Positions 1 through 9,429 of a DNA stretch of 64,000 nt are shown piece after piece. The stretch comes from Candidatus Eiseniibacteriota bacterium (GTDB lineage Bacteria > Eisenbacteria > RBG-16-71-46 > CAVPCR01), in contig CAWGMA010000001.1 in assembly GCA_963823555.1 (NCBI GenBank), positions 672,001 through 736,000 of the forward strand. Reading direction: 5' to 3'. The notes beneath the pieces were generated by a model. It ran no database searches. It was given only the letters and a program-made list of their open reading frames with translations, and was not told where the DNA came from. Position 1 is the stretch's first letter; each line of letters begins with the position of its first letter. Position numbers and translations under genes: made by a program.

Positions 1-312
1 TCCGGCGGGCAGCAGCAGCGCCTCTGCATCGCCCGGGCCCTGGCCGTGAAACCGGAGCTGGTCCTCATGGACGAGCCGGCCTCGGCTCTCGATCCCCTTG
101 CCACCACCAAGATCGAGGAGCTCATCAGCCAGCTAAAAAAGCACTATACGATCGTCATCGTCACCCATAATATGCAGCAGGCAGCCCGGGTCTCCGACAT
201 CACCGCCTACTTCTACCTCGGAAAGGTGGTGGAGATGGGGCCGACCCAGCGCATTTTCACCAACCCTGAGCACCAGCACACCGAGGACTACATAACCGGC
301 CGCTTCGGCTAG
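1..312 (+). CDS. pstB: Phosphate ABC transporter ATPase, 5'-truncated by window edge
   Basis: Frame 1 from base 1 reads [26 protein letters not shown]...[10 protein letters not shown]...[10 protein letters not shown], a canonical PstB C-terminal half. Confidence 0.95.
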   Translation, partial: SGGQQQRLCIARALAVKPELVLMDEPASALDPLATTKIEELISQLKKHYTIVIVTHNMQQAARVSDITAYFYLGKVVEMGPTQRIFTNPEHQHTEDYITGRFG

Positions 313-337
313 GTCGAAGCGGCCCCGAGCTCGAAAT

Positions 338-1117
338 ATGTTGGACGCCAGCCGACAACGTCACCTGTCCAGCGAGTTCGAGGACGAGCTGAGAGACCTA
401 CGCTCCAGGCTCCTCCTCATGGCGAGCAAGGTCGAGAGCCTGATCGCCCATGCGGTCGATGCCCTGACCGAGCGGGATTCGGTCAAGGCCGAGCAGATCC
501 TCATCCGCGACAAGGAAATCGATGCCCTCGAGAAGGAGGTGGACGAGATCTGCGTCCGCATCCTCGCGCTGCGGCAGCCGGCGGCCACCGATCTCCGCCA
601 CATCACCACCGCCCTCAAGATCGTGACCGATCTCGAACGCATGGGTGATCTCTGCGTGAACATCGCGCGCGCCACGCTCGAGATCAACCAGGAGCCCCGC
701 CTGCAGCCCGTCATCGACATCCCGGGAATGGCCGAGGCGGTGCGCGAGATGGTGCGGCGAAGCCTCGACGCCTTCGTCGAGGAGGATTCGGACCAGGCCA
801 AGGAAGTCGTCTGCGCCGATCTCGGCGTGGATCGCCTGTACGACAAGGTGTTCCGTGACCTTCTCGGGCAGATGGTCGAGTCGCCGTCTTCGGTCACCGT
901 GGCGACTCGCATGCTCTTCATTGCCCGCCATCTCGAGCGCATCGCCGATCATGCCACCAACATCGCCGAGCAGACCATCTTCATGGTCATGGGGGCCGAT
1001 GTCCGCCACGAGAAGGCGAAGCTCCGGGCCGCCTTGCAGGCCGAGGCCACCAAGCGTTTGACCGATCCCGGGACCGCCGAGGGCCAGCCACCCGGATCCC
1101 CCAAGCCCGCGGGCTAG
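338..1117 (+). CDS. phoU: Phosphate signalling protein PhoU
   Basis: Two PhoU repeats (RQPAATDLR, DLERMGD, LERIADHATNIAE); follows pstB. Confidence 0.95.
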   Translation: MLDASRQRHLSSEFEDELRDLRSRLLLMASKVESLIAHAVDALTERDSVKAEQILIRDKEIDALEKEVDEICVRILALRQPAATDLRHITTALKIVTDLERMGDLCVNIARATLEINQEPRLQPVIDIPGMAEAVREMVRRSLDAFVEEDSDQAKEVVCADLGVDRLYDKVFRDLLGQMVESPSSVTVATRMLFIARHLERIADHATNIAEQTIFMVMGADVRHEKAKLRAALQAEATKRLTDPGTAEGQPPGSPKPAG

Positions 1118-1131
1118 TCAGGGAGGCGACG

Positions 1132-2115
1132 ATGTCGCTGCCGCCGGCGAGGCCCGGATCCAGCGCTCACGGATCGCTCATGGCACCCCGCCCCGGTCGA
1201 GACCCGCAGCGAACGCGGTCGATCCTCATTGGCGGCCTCCTCGTGGCGGCGCTGGGGGTCATTCCCGCGTGTTCTTCCCGCTCCTCGAGCGCGACACGCA
1301 GCGCGAGCTCGGCCATCGAGAACAAGGGTTCGGACACCCTCGTCAATCTCGCTCTGGCCTGGGCCGAGGCCTACCGCGAGGTGCGCCCCGATATCACGGT
1401 CGCGGTCACTGGCGGCGGCTCGGGCACCGGGATCGCCGCTCTCTTGAATGGCACCGTGGACATCGCCAATGCCTCGCGGAGCATGAAGGACAACGAGATC
1501 GAGCAGGCCCGGGCGCGGGGCTTCGAGCCCGTGGAGCGGACGGTGGCGATCGACGCCCTGGCCGTCATCGTGAACCCCGCCAATCCGGTGGACGAGCTGA
1601 CCATCGCCCAGCTCTCCGACATCTTCACCGGGCGCATCGCCAACTGGCGCGACGTGGGAGGGCAGAATGCCCCGATCGTCCTCGTTTCACGCGAAACCAA
1701 CTCGGGGACCCATGTCTACTTCCTCGAGGAGGTGGTGCGCCGCGGCGAGAAGGAGAACAAGGATGTCTTCGCGCCGGGGACCCTTCTCATGCCCTCTTCG
1801 GTCGGGATCACGAGCGAGGTGCGGCGCAATCCGAAGGCCATCGGCTATGATGGCCTCGGCTATGTGACGGAACATGAGAAGGTGATCGCCGTGTCACGCG
1901 GCGGCGGGAAGCCCTACGTGCCGCCCACTCAGGACACGGCGGCCGAAGGTTCCTACCCGCTCGCACGCGATCTCTACATGTACACGGCGGGCGAGCCATC
2001 GGGTGACATCGCTGACTACATGAACTGGATCACCGGACCCGAAGGCCAGCGCATCGTGTCCCAGCTCGGGTTCGTGCCTCTGGGTACCGAGGGGGAGATG
2101 AGCGCGGCGCGCTAG
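1132..2115 (+). CDS. pstS: Phosphate-binding lipoprotein PstS (start may be 1180)
   Basis: KGSDT, GGGSGTGIAAL, DIANASR, SRETNSGT motifs; lipobox-like IPAC. Confidence 0.92.
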   Translation: MSLPPARPGSSAHGSLMAPRPGRDPQRTRSILIGGLLVAALGVIPACSSRSSSATRSASSAIENKGSDTLVNLALAWAEAYREVRPDITVAVTGGGSGTGIAALLNGTVDIANASRSMKDNEIEQARARGFEPVERTVAIDALAVIVNPANPVDELTIAQLSDIFTGRIANWRDVGGQNAPIVLVSRETNSGTHVYFLEEVVRRGEKENKDVFAPGTLLMPSSVGITSEVRRNPKAIGYDGLGYVTEHEKVIAVSRGGGKPYVPPTQDTAAEGSYPLARDLYMYTAGEPSGDIADYMNWITGPEGQRIVSQLGFVPLGTEGEMSAAR

Positions 2116-2169
2116 GCGGCATCACAGCATGGCGTCCGGAGTCGGGAGCGGTGTCGTCGAGGAGGGAGG

Positions 2170-3105
2170 ATGGCAGTGGAGATGAGGGCCAGGATGGGGC
2201 GCGCCGGGAGCTGGACCCGCCGCACCCACCTCGGCATCGGCGAGCGGATCATCGAAGGTCTCATCCGCTCTTCCGGCGTCTCCGCCATCCTCATTGTCGG
2301 GCTCATCTTTGCCTTTCTGCTGAGAGAGGGGTTGCCCACCCTGGAGGTGGTGCCCCCGGCGAAGCTCTTCGGATCCCTCTGGTATCCGATCGAAGGGCTC
2401 TACGGCATCTTGCCGCTCATCTACGGTTCGCTTCTCGTCACGTTGCTCGCCGTGGTCATCGCCGTTCCGATCGGGCTCACGACAGCCATCTATCTCGGCC
2501 AGATGGCACCGGCGTGGCTGCGCGATATCCTGAAGCCGATCATCGAGATCCTGGCCGGTATCCCGTCGATCGTGCTCGGCTTCCTGGGCTGGGTGGCGCT
2601 CGCTCCGCTCGTCCAGCAGGCGGGGGCGGCGACCGGGCTCACCGCGCTGACCGGGGGCCTCATCCTGGCCTACATGGCGTTGCCGACCATCATCTCGATC
2701 GCCGAGGACGCGATCGATGCCGTGCCGCGCACCTACCGCGACGGGGCGCTCGCCATCGGGGCGACCGACTGGCAGACCACGTACCGGGTGGTCCTGCCGG
2801 CTGCCCGCTCCGGCCTGGTGACGGCGGTCATGCTCGGCATCGGGCGAGCGATCGGCGAGACCATGGCCGTCCTCATGGTCACCGGCAATGCGGCCAATAT
2901 GCCGTTCGGCCGCAGCATGCTGGTGGAGCCCGTGCGCACGATGACGGCTACCATCGCCGCCGAGATGGGGGAAGTGGCGCAGGGCAGCCCGCACTATCAC
3001 ATGCTGTTCGCGATCGCGATCGTCCTCTTCGTGATCACGTTTGCCGTGAACTCGGTGGCGGCGCGCATCATCGGCGCCTCGGGTGGCGAGCGAGGCGGGC
3101 GATGA
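2170..3105 (+). CDS. pstC: Phosphate ABC permease PstC
   Basis: LAGIPSIVLG, GRAIGETMAVLMVTGN, AAEMGE; SD GGAGG upstream. Confidence 0.95.
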   Translation: MAVEMRARMGRAGSWTRRTHLGIGERIIEGLIRSSGVSAILIVGLIFAFLLREGLPTLEVVPPAKLFGSLWYPIEGLYGILPLIYGSLLVTLLAVVIAVPIGLTTAIYLGQMAPAWLRDILKPIIEILAGIPSIVLGFLGWVALAPLVQQAGAATGLTALTGGLILAYMALPTIISIAEDAIDAVPRTYRDGALAIGATDWQTTYRVVLPAARSGLVTAVMLGIGRAIGETMAVLMVTGNAANMPFGRSMLVEPVRTMTATIAAEMGEVAQGSPHYHMLFAIAIVLFVITFAVNSVAARIIGASGGERGGR

Positions 3106-3947
3106 AACGCCAGCACACGCAGCGCATCGCCTCGGCGGCCATCACCCTGGTGGCCACGATCGCCGTGATCCCGATCATCGCCGTGATCCTCTACATCATC
3201 GCCAACGGCATCTCGGGGCTGAACCCGCGGTTTCTCTTCACCATGCCGCGCAACGGCATGACCGAGGGCGGGATCCTGCCGGCCCTTCTGGGCACCGTGT
3301 ACCTCACCTTCGGCACCGCCATTGCCTCCATCCCGCTGGCCATCGGGGCGGCCATCTACCTCGCCGAGTATGCCGGCAGGGGGCGCTTGACCGCTGCGGT
3401 ACGGCTCGCCATCGTCAACCTGGCCGGGATCCCGTCGATCGTCTACGGTCTCTTCGGCCTCGCCATGTTCGTTCTCTTCCTCAACCAGGGCACCTCGATC
3501 ATCGCCGGCTCGCTCACCCTTGGCCTGATGACGCTTCCGGTGGTGATCTCCACCGCCGAGGAAGCGATCACGGCGGTCCCCGCCGAGTTTCGCGTCACGA
3601 GCTTGAGCCTGGGCGCCACCAAGTGGCAGACCATCAGGCATCAAGTCTTGCCCCACGCCCTGCCGGGCATCCTGACCGGAATCATCCTCGGCCTGAGCCG
3701 GGCAGCCGGGGAGACAGCACCCATCCTCTTCACGGCAGCGGCCTTCTACTTGCCGTCGCTGCCCGACTCGATCAGCGACCCGACGATGGCGCTGCCCTAT
3801 CACCTCTACGTCATCTCGACGCAGGTGCCGGGGATGCCCCTCTCGATCCAGTACGGGACGGCCTTCGTGTTGCTCTTGCTCGTGTTGTCGTTGACGCTCG
3901 TGGCGAGCGTGATCCGGAGCCGGGTGCGGGGGCGGCGGGAGTGGTAG
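3102..3947 (+). CDS. pstA: Phosphate ABC permease PstA
   Basis: ATGA overlap with pstC; AIYLAEYA, NLAGIPSIVYGLFG, RAAGETAPILFT (C-terminal part of ORF 2151..3947). Confidence 0.95.
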   Translation: MKRQHTQRIASAAITLVATIAVIPIIAVILYIIANGISGLNPRFLFTMPRNGMTEGGILPALLGTVYLTFGTAIASIPLAIGAAIYLAEYAGRGRLTAAVRLAIVNLAGIPSIVYGLFGLAMFVLFLNQGTSIIAGSLTLGLMTLPVVISTAEEAITAVPAEFRVTSLSLGATKWQTIRHQVLPHALPGILTGIILGLSRAAGETAPILFTAAAFYLPSLPDSISDPTMALPYHLYVISTQVPGMPLSIQYGTAFVLLLLVLSLTLVASVIRSRVRGRREW

Positions 3948-3967
3948 GCGAGCAGGGCGTGACTCGG

Positions 3968-4783
3968 ATGAAGGTCGAGATCGGGGCGAGGATCCCGCCG
4001 GACGCGGACGCTTCCTCTCCGCCGCGCGAGCCCATGATCCGGCTCCGGAACGTCTCCTTGACCTATGCCAGCGGAATCCGCGCCCTCGCCGACGTGACGC
4101 TCGACATCTTTCCGAGTCAGATCACGGTGCTCTTCGGGCCGGCGCGTGCCGGCAAGTCGACCTTGCTTCGCCTTCTCAATCGGCTCAGCGATCTCTACGC
4201 GGGGGCGAGCCACACGGGTGAGGTTCTCTTCGAGGGGCATGATGTCTTCGGGCCGGAGGTGGATGTCAGCGCGCTTCGCCGTAAGATCAGCATGGTATTC
4301 GCGATCCCCAGCCCGCTTCCCGGCACGGTGTGGGAGAACCTGACCTATGCCCTGCGCATGGCGGGGCATCGTGATCCGCGACTGCTCGGTGAGCGGGTGG
4401 AGAGATCGCTCCGGCAGGCGGCGTTGTGGGACGAGGTCAAGGACCGGCTCCACCGCTCGGCCTTCGCCCTCTCCGGGGGGCAGAAGCAGCGCCTGTGTCT
4501 TGCCCGTAGCCTGGCTCTCGAGCCGGATGTGATCCTGCTCGACAACCCGACCTCCGGTCTCGACCCGTTGTCGACAGCCACCGTCGAGGCCTCGCTCCAC
4601 GAGCTCAAGCAGGAGTACACGATCGTCCTGGTGCCGCACAGCGTGCAGCAGGCGGCGCGCGTGGCGGATCGGGCCGCCTTCCTGCTCGACGGCGAGCTCG
4701 TCGAGGTGGCCACGGCCGCCGAGATCTTCACGCGGCCCTCGGACCCCCGGACCGATGACTACGTCACCGGCCGTTTCGGGTAG
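3968..4783 (+). CDS. pstB: PstB-like ATPase with degenerate Walker B/Q-loop
   Basis: [40 protein letters not shown] (C-terminal part of ORF 3083..4783). Confidence 0.88.
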   Translation: MKVEIGARIPPDADASSPPREPMIRLRNVSLTYASGIRALADVTLDIFPSQITVLFGPARAGKSTLLRLLNRLSDLYAGASHTGEVLFEGHDVFGPEVDVSALRRKISMVFAIPSPLPGTVWENLTYALRMAGHRDPRLLGERVERSLRQAALWDEVKDRLHRSAFALSGGQKQRLCLARSLALEPDVILLDNPTSGLDPLSTATVEASLHELKQEYTIVLVPHSVQQAARVADRAAFLLDGELVEVATAAEIFTRPSDPRTDDYVTGRFG

Positions 4784-4794
4784 GCTCTGGTGCC

Positions 4795-5553
4795 ATGGGG
4801 GCCAAGATCACCGTTCGCGGATTCAACTTCTACTACGGCGACTTTCAGGCGCTGAAGGACATCACCCTCGACATCGAGGAGCGGAAGATCACCGCCCTCA
4901 TCGGGCCCTCCGGTTGTGGGAAGACGACGTTCCTGCGTGCTCTCAATCGCATGAACGAACGCATCAAGGGGGCGCGGGCCGTCGGGGAGATCCGGATCGA
5001 CGGCCGCGACATCTATGATCCCGGGGTGGATGTCGTCGAGCTCCGGCGGCAGGTGGGCATGGTCTTCCAGCGACCGAACCCGTTTCCCCAGAGCGTGTTC
5101 AACAACGTGGCCTTCGGGCCGATCGTCCTCGGCCTGACCGGAGGCCCGGGGGAGCTCGCCGCGCGTGTCGAGGAGAGCCTGGTCGAGGTCGGGCTGTGGG
5201 ACGAGGTGAAGCACGCCCTCGACGGGCCGGCCCAGCTCCTTAACCCCGGCCAGCAGCAGCGGTTATGTATCGCGCGAGCGGTGGCGACGAAGCCCGACAT
5301 CATCCTCATGGACGAGCCCTGCTCGGCCCTCGACCCGGTCGCCACTCTGCGCATCGAGACCCTCATGGACGAATTGGCCCGCGACTATACGATCGTCATC
5401 GTCACTCACAACATGCAGCAGGCGGCCCGCGTTTCCCACTGGACCGGCTTCTTCTGGCTCGGCGAGCTGATCGAGGTCGATGAGACCGCCAAGCTCTTCA
5501 CCCGGCCTCGCGTCCAGCTCACCGAGGACTACCTGACCGGCCGGCGCGGATAG
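4795..5553 (+). CDS. pstB: PstB ATPase with degenerate ABC signature
   Basis: [39 protein letters not shown]. Confidence 0.92.
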   Translation: MGAKITVRGFNFYYGDFQALKDITLDIEERKITALIGPSGCGKTTFLRALNRMNERIKGARAVGEIRIDGRDIYDPGVDVVELRRQVGMVFQRPNPFPQSVFNNVAFGPIVLGLTGGPGELAARVEESLVEVGLWDEVKHALDGPAQLLNPGQQQRLCIARAVATKPDIILMDEPCSALDPVATLRIETLMDELARDYTIVIVTHNMQQAARVSHWTGFFWLGELIEVDETAKLFTRPRVQLTEDYLTGRRG

Positions 5554-5574
5554 CCGCTGTGAGATAATTCCGAT

Positions 5575-6396
5575 ATGCGCCTTCGTTTCGCTCTTGGGCT
5601 CGCCGCCCTGCTCGCCGTGGCCACCGCCTGTGCCTCGGCGCGCAATTACCCCGATCAGAACCGGCCCCGCTTCGCCGGCAATCACTCCCTGGGTGGCCGG
5701 GTTGATTCGGCGCTTCGCATCGTGACCTTCAACATCCAGTTCGCTCGCCATGTCGATCAGGCGATCGCCGCTCTCGAGCAGGTGGAGGAGCTCCGGGCGC
5801 CCGATGTTCTCGCGCTCCAGGAGATGGACGAGGAGGGGGTCGAGCAGGTAGCGCGCGCTCTCAGCCTCAACTACGTCTACTACCCGAGCGCGGTGCATCC
5901 GGCCAGCGGGCGCAATTTCGGCAATGCCGTGCTCTCTCCGTGGCGGATCGTGGACAGCCGGAAGGTCGTCTTGCCACACCAGAGCCGCACCAACGGCCTC
6001 ACGCGGGCGGCGGTCGTGGCCACGCTCGAGGTGGGGGCGAAGCGCGTCCGCGTCTACAGCATCCATTTCGAGACCGTGCTCGGCCTCGACGACGCGGAAC
6101 GGCGGGACCAGGTGGCCGCTCTCATCGCCGACGCCGCCGCCTCACCGGACCCCACCGTCATCGCCGGCGATTTCAACAGCTACTCGCTCGCCGAGATGGT
6201 GAACGAGGCCGGATTCGAGTGGCCGACAGCGAGGCTCGAGCGCACCGTCCTCGTCTTCTCCTGGGATCACATCCTCGTGCGCGGGTTCAACCTGCAAGTG
6301 CCGCCGGTCGCCGGGGTGGTGCGCGATCACAACGAGGCAAGCGACCACTGTCCGGTGTGGGTCGATCTGGGAATACCCGCCCCCTCGACGAGCTAG
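5575..6396 (+). CDS. Endonuclease/exonuclease/phosphatase family lipoprotein
   Basis: TFNI, ALQE, GNAVLS, AGDFN, DHI, SDHCPV motifs; signal peptide with TAC lipobox. Confidence 0.88.
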   Translation: MRLRFALGLAALLAVATACASARNYPDQNRPRFAGNHSLGGRVDSALRIVTFNIQFARHVDQAIAALEQVEELRAPDVLALQEMDEEGVEQVARALSLNYVYYPSAVHPASGRNFGNAVLSPWRIVDSRKVVLPHQSRTNGLTRAAVVATLEVGAKRVRVYSIHFETVLGLDDAERRDQVAALIADAAASPDPTVIAGDFNSYSLAEMVNEAGFEWPTARLERTVLVFSWDHILVRGFNLQVPPVAGVVRDHNEASDHCPVWVDLGIPAPSTS

Positions 6397-7559
6397 ACGC
6401 CCCTGGTACCGCTCTTGCCTCCCGCCAGGAGCTCGTCGTATACGGCGGCGATCGCCGTCGCCGCCTTCTCCAGGGTGAAGTGGTTGAGCGCGCGCGTCTG
6501 TCCGGCGCGGCCCAGGGCCGCGCGCCGGGGCGCGTCGGCAACCAGGGCCGCCAGTTCGGCGGCAAGGCCTGCGGGATCATCCGGCGGGACCATGACCCCG
6601 GTCTCACCGGCGATGACGAGTTCGCTCACGCCGCCGACATCGGTCGTCACGACCGCCCGCCCGGTCGCCATCGCTTCGAGGATGGACACCGGCACGCCTT
6701 CGCGCCGGGAAGTGAGGCAGAAGAGATCGGCGGCGGCCATGAGCTCCGGAATGTCACGGCGGAAGCCGAGGGGACGCACCAGCCGGGCGAGGCCCCGGCG
6801 GGCGATCTGGGCCGCGAAACCGGCGGCGAGAGGACCGTCGCCGGCGACGAGCCAGACGAAGCGGGGTGGAACCGAAGCCTCATGGGCGGCCGCTGGGGAG
6901 ACGGTGGATGCGAGTCTGGCTGCCGCTTCGGCCAGCACGTCGAGTCCCTTGGGGGGGCGGAGATTGGCCACTGTCAGAATGAGAACGGTGTGGGGATCGA
7001 TGCCGAGGGCCGCCCGCGCCGCCTCCCGGCGGGCGGCGGCCGTGGCGAACGCTTCGACGTCGATGCCATTGGGCACCACGGCGACCTGCGCGCGCTGGAC
7101 GCCTCGCTCCACCATCAAGAACTGCGCTCCGGCACCGGAATTGGTGATGTAGCGATCGACGCGATCAGCCGTCTCGCGATCGAGATAGGCCTGCCAGGGG
7201 GGGCGATGGGTGTCGATCGAGTGCAGGGACTGCACGAGCGGCGGCCGTGGCCGCTGGAAGCGAACGAGGAGGCTCGGGCGGAGACCATAGCTGTGGATCA
7301 GGTCCGGGCCCAGCGCCGGGAGCGCCGATCGCAGCCGGAGGTAGGCGCGCAGCGGCCCGGCCGGGCCGGCGAGCGGGGTCCCCAGGCTCTCCGTCGGCAC
7401 GCCGGCTTCGTCGTAGAGCCGCGTGGCCGGTCCCGGCGGCTCGATGAAGAGGACATGGTGCGCCAGATCGGGCTGCCGGCGGATGTAGGCCAGCGCGCCG
7501 AGCTCGGTGCCGCCGAGGGCGGTGACGGCGAAGAGATGGAGGATGCGCGGTCGAGTCAA
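6393..7559 (-). CDS. Glycosyltransferase family 4
   Basis: VVPNGID, KG, EGVPVSILEAMATG, DVGGVSE. Confidence 0.92.
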   Translation of the reverse strand: MTRPRILHLFAVTALGGTELGALAYIRRQPDLAHHVLFIEPPGPATRLYDEAGVPTESLGTPLAGPAGPLRAYLRLRSALPALGPDLIHSYGLRPSLLVRFQRPRPPLVQSLHSIDTHRPPWQAYLDRETADRVDRYITNSGAGAQFLMVERGVQRAQVAVVPNGIDVEAFATAAARREAARAALGIDPHTVLILTVANLRPPKGLDVLAEAAARLASTVSPAAAHEASVPPRFVWLVAGDGPLAAGFAAQIARRGLARLVRPLGFRRDIPELMAAADLFCLTSRREGVPVSILEAMATGRAVVTTDVGGVSELVIAGETGVMVPPDDPAGLAAELAALVADAPRRAALGRAGQTRALNHFTLEKAATAIAAVYDELLAGGKSGTRGV

Positions 7560-7586
7560 GCCGGCCTGCCCGTTGATTCCGCGGCG

Positions 7587-8477
7587 TCAGCCGTAGAGGA
7601 GCCGTTTCAGGTTCGCATCGGGATCCAGGAGCGGGCGGATCTTGCCGCTCCGCGAGGTCATGATGGTGGTGACGCCTGGGCCGTGCCCCGCGACGTCCGA
7701 GCGTGAGTGCACGACCACACCCACCGATACCGCTCCACCGTAGTAGATGCGGCCATGCTCGTGAGCGGCATCGAGAATGGCGACGATATCACCGAAGCGC
7801 AGGCTGTCGAGACCGAACTCCTCGACGACGCGCCGGTCGAACATCTGGATGTCATAGTCGCCGCTGGCGGCATGGGGGTGGCCGAGGCCGGAGCCCATGA
7901 TCATGGCCGGGATCCGGTGGGTGACGGGCACCTCGAGTTCGCCGTCGCCGGTCGTGCGCCAGTGGAGTCGCTCGGCGAGATCCGGATCGAGGTTCATGAC
8001 CGCGATCTCCGGGCAGTCGAGGAGCAGAAGCCCCATCCCGTGGGCCTTGATCTGGATGCGGTCGCCGATCGCGAGCTGATCGAGAACGATGGCGGGAAAG
8101 TCGACGAGCACATGGTTGATGCCGCCATGCAGGCCGGTGACGTAACCGACCTCGCCCTTGGCATCCCCCGAGGTGACGCGGGCGCGATTGCCGATGCAGG
8201 CGAGCGTGTTGAGCGCCAGGTTGGTGGGCGAGGTGGGACTTCGATCGCCTTCGAGGTTGCGGATCGACACTCCCGGCTCGACATGGTCACCGACCAGATC
8301 CACGGCCGAGTCGCCGATCCGGCGGTTGTAGACGATGCCCCCGGTCGCGGGCGACACCCGGGGTGTGCCGTCGGCGCCGATGCGATAGGCCGTCATCGTG
8401 GTCAGCGGGCTCGCGATCTCGCCGATCACCGATTGCATGACCAGCCGGTTCTTGTTGGTGCGGAGCGGAGTCGACAT
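7587..8477 (-). CDS. DUF4438 family protein
   Basis: LRTNKNRLVMQSVIGEI, GGIVYN, GDHVEPGVS, CIGN, GHGPGVT; true start inside ORF 7587..8777. Confidence 0.75.
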   Translation of the reverse strand: MSTPLRTNKNRLVMQSVIGEIASPLTTMTAYRIGADGTPRVSPATGGIVYNRRIGDSAVDLVGDHVEPGVSIRNLEGDRSPTSPTNLALNTLACIGNRARVTSGDAKGEVGYVTGLHGGINHVLVDFPAIVLDQLAIGDRIQIKAHGMGLLLLDCPEIAVMNLDPDLAERLHWRTTGDGELEVPVTHRIPAMIMGSGLGHPHAASGDYDIQMFDRRVVEEFGLDSLRFGDIVAILDAAHEHGRIYYGGAVSVGVVVHSRSDVAGHGPGVTTIMTSRSGKIRPLLDPDANLKRLLYG

Positions 8478-8532
8478 GCGCGGCATTGTAAGGCCACGGC
8501 CCGGGCCCGACAACCGTGCTAGCATGCCGCGG

Positions 8533-9384
8533 ATGCCGGAACTGCCTGAAGTCGAGACCATCCGCCGGAGCCTGGCCCCGCATCTCGAAGGACGCACGAT
8601 CACGAGCGTCGTCGTGCGCAACGGGGATCTGCGGATTGCGGTCGACGTCGATGCGATGGGGCGCCGGGTCGCCCGCCGCCGCATCGAGCGCCTCGAGCGG
8701 CGGGCCAAGTACCTCCTCATCCGGCTGGCCGGCGGCCACGTGCTGGTGATCCATCTCGGCATGTCGGGGCGTCTCACCGTCGTGCCGCGCGCCGCCGACC
8801 TCGACCCCCACGACCATCTCCTGTTCCGTCTCGCCCCGCGCCCCGGAAGGCCTCCGGAGGAACTGCGCTTTCGCGACCCCCGGCGTTTCGGCCTGGCTCA
8901 AGTCCTCGCCGCTGAAGGGATCGCCAGGTCGACGCTTCTGGCCGGTCTCGGACCGGAGCCGCTCGAACCCGGTGCGACCGACGCCACGGTCCTCAGGGCA
9001 CGCACGCGGCGGCGGAAGGCGGCGATCAAGGCGGCGCTGCTCGATGCCCGGCTGATTGCGGGTGTGGGCAACATCTATGCCTGCGAATCGTTGTATCGGG
9101 CGGGGATCGATCCCCGTACGCCCGCCCGCCGGCTCGGTCCGCGGCGCTGGCAGCGCTTGCTGTCGGCGGTGCGCGAGGTGCTGGCGGCGGCCATCGCCGA
9201 CGGTGGGACCAGTCTCGACGACTACGGCGACTACCGCGACGGCGAGGGTCGCCAGGGGCTCTTTCAGGTGGATCTCCAGGTCTATGGCCGCGAAGGGGAG
9301 CCGTGCCGGCGCTGTCACCGTCCCGTGCGCCGCATCGTGCAGCTGGGGCGAAGCACCTTCTATTGCTCCCGCTGCCAGCGTTGA
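8533..9384 (+). CDS. mutM: Formamidopyrimidine-DNA glycosylase
   Basis: N-terminal PELPEVE, HLGMSG, GVGNIYACE, C-terminal C4 zinc finger. Confidence 0.97.
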   Translation: MPELPEVETIRRSLAPHLEGRTITSVVVRNGDLRIAVDVDAMGRRVARRRIERLERRAKYLLIRLAGGHVLVIHLGMSGRLTVVPRAADLDPHDHLLFRLAPRPGRPPEELRFRDPRRFGLAQVLAAEGIARSTLLAGLGPEPLEPGATDATVLRARTRRRKAAIKAALLDARLIAGVGNIYACESLYRAGIDPRTPARRLGPRRWQRLLSAVREVLAAAIADGGTSLDDYGDYRDGEGRQGLFQVDLQVYGREGEPCRRCHRPVRRIVQLGRSTFYCSRCQR

Positions 9385-9391
9385 GGCTCGG

Positions 9392-9420
9392 TTGACAGCA
9401 CCCGGTCCGCTCCGTAAGTT
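9392..9420 (+). promoter_or_regulatory. Sigma70-like promoter of the TRAP operon
   Basis: TTGACA-17 nt-TAAGTT, 9 nt before ATG 9430. Confidence 0.55.
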
Positions 9421-9429
9421 CCCCCGGCA

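Noticed and set aside
2151..4783. Long N-terminal extensions on pstA and pstB ORFs (apparent fusions)
   Set aside because: Extensions overlap upstream genes in other frames; real starts at 3102 and 3968
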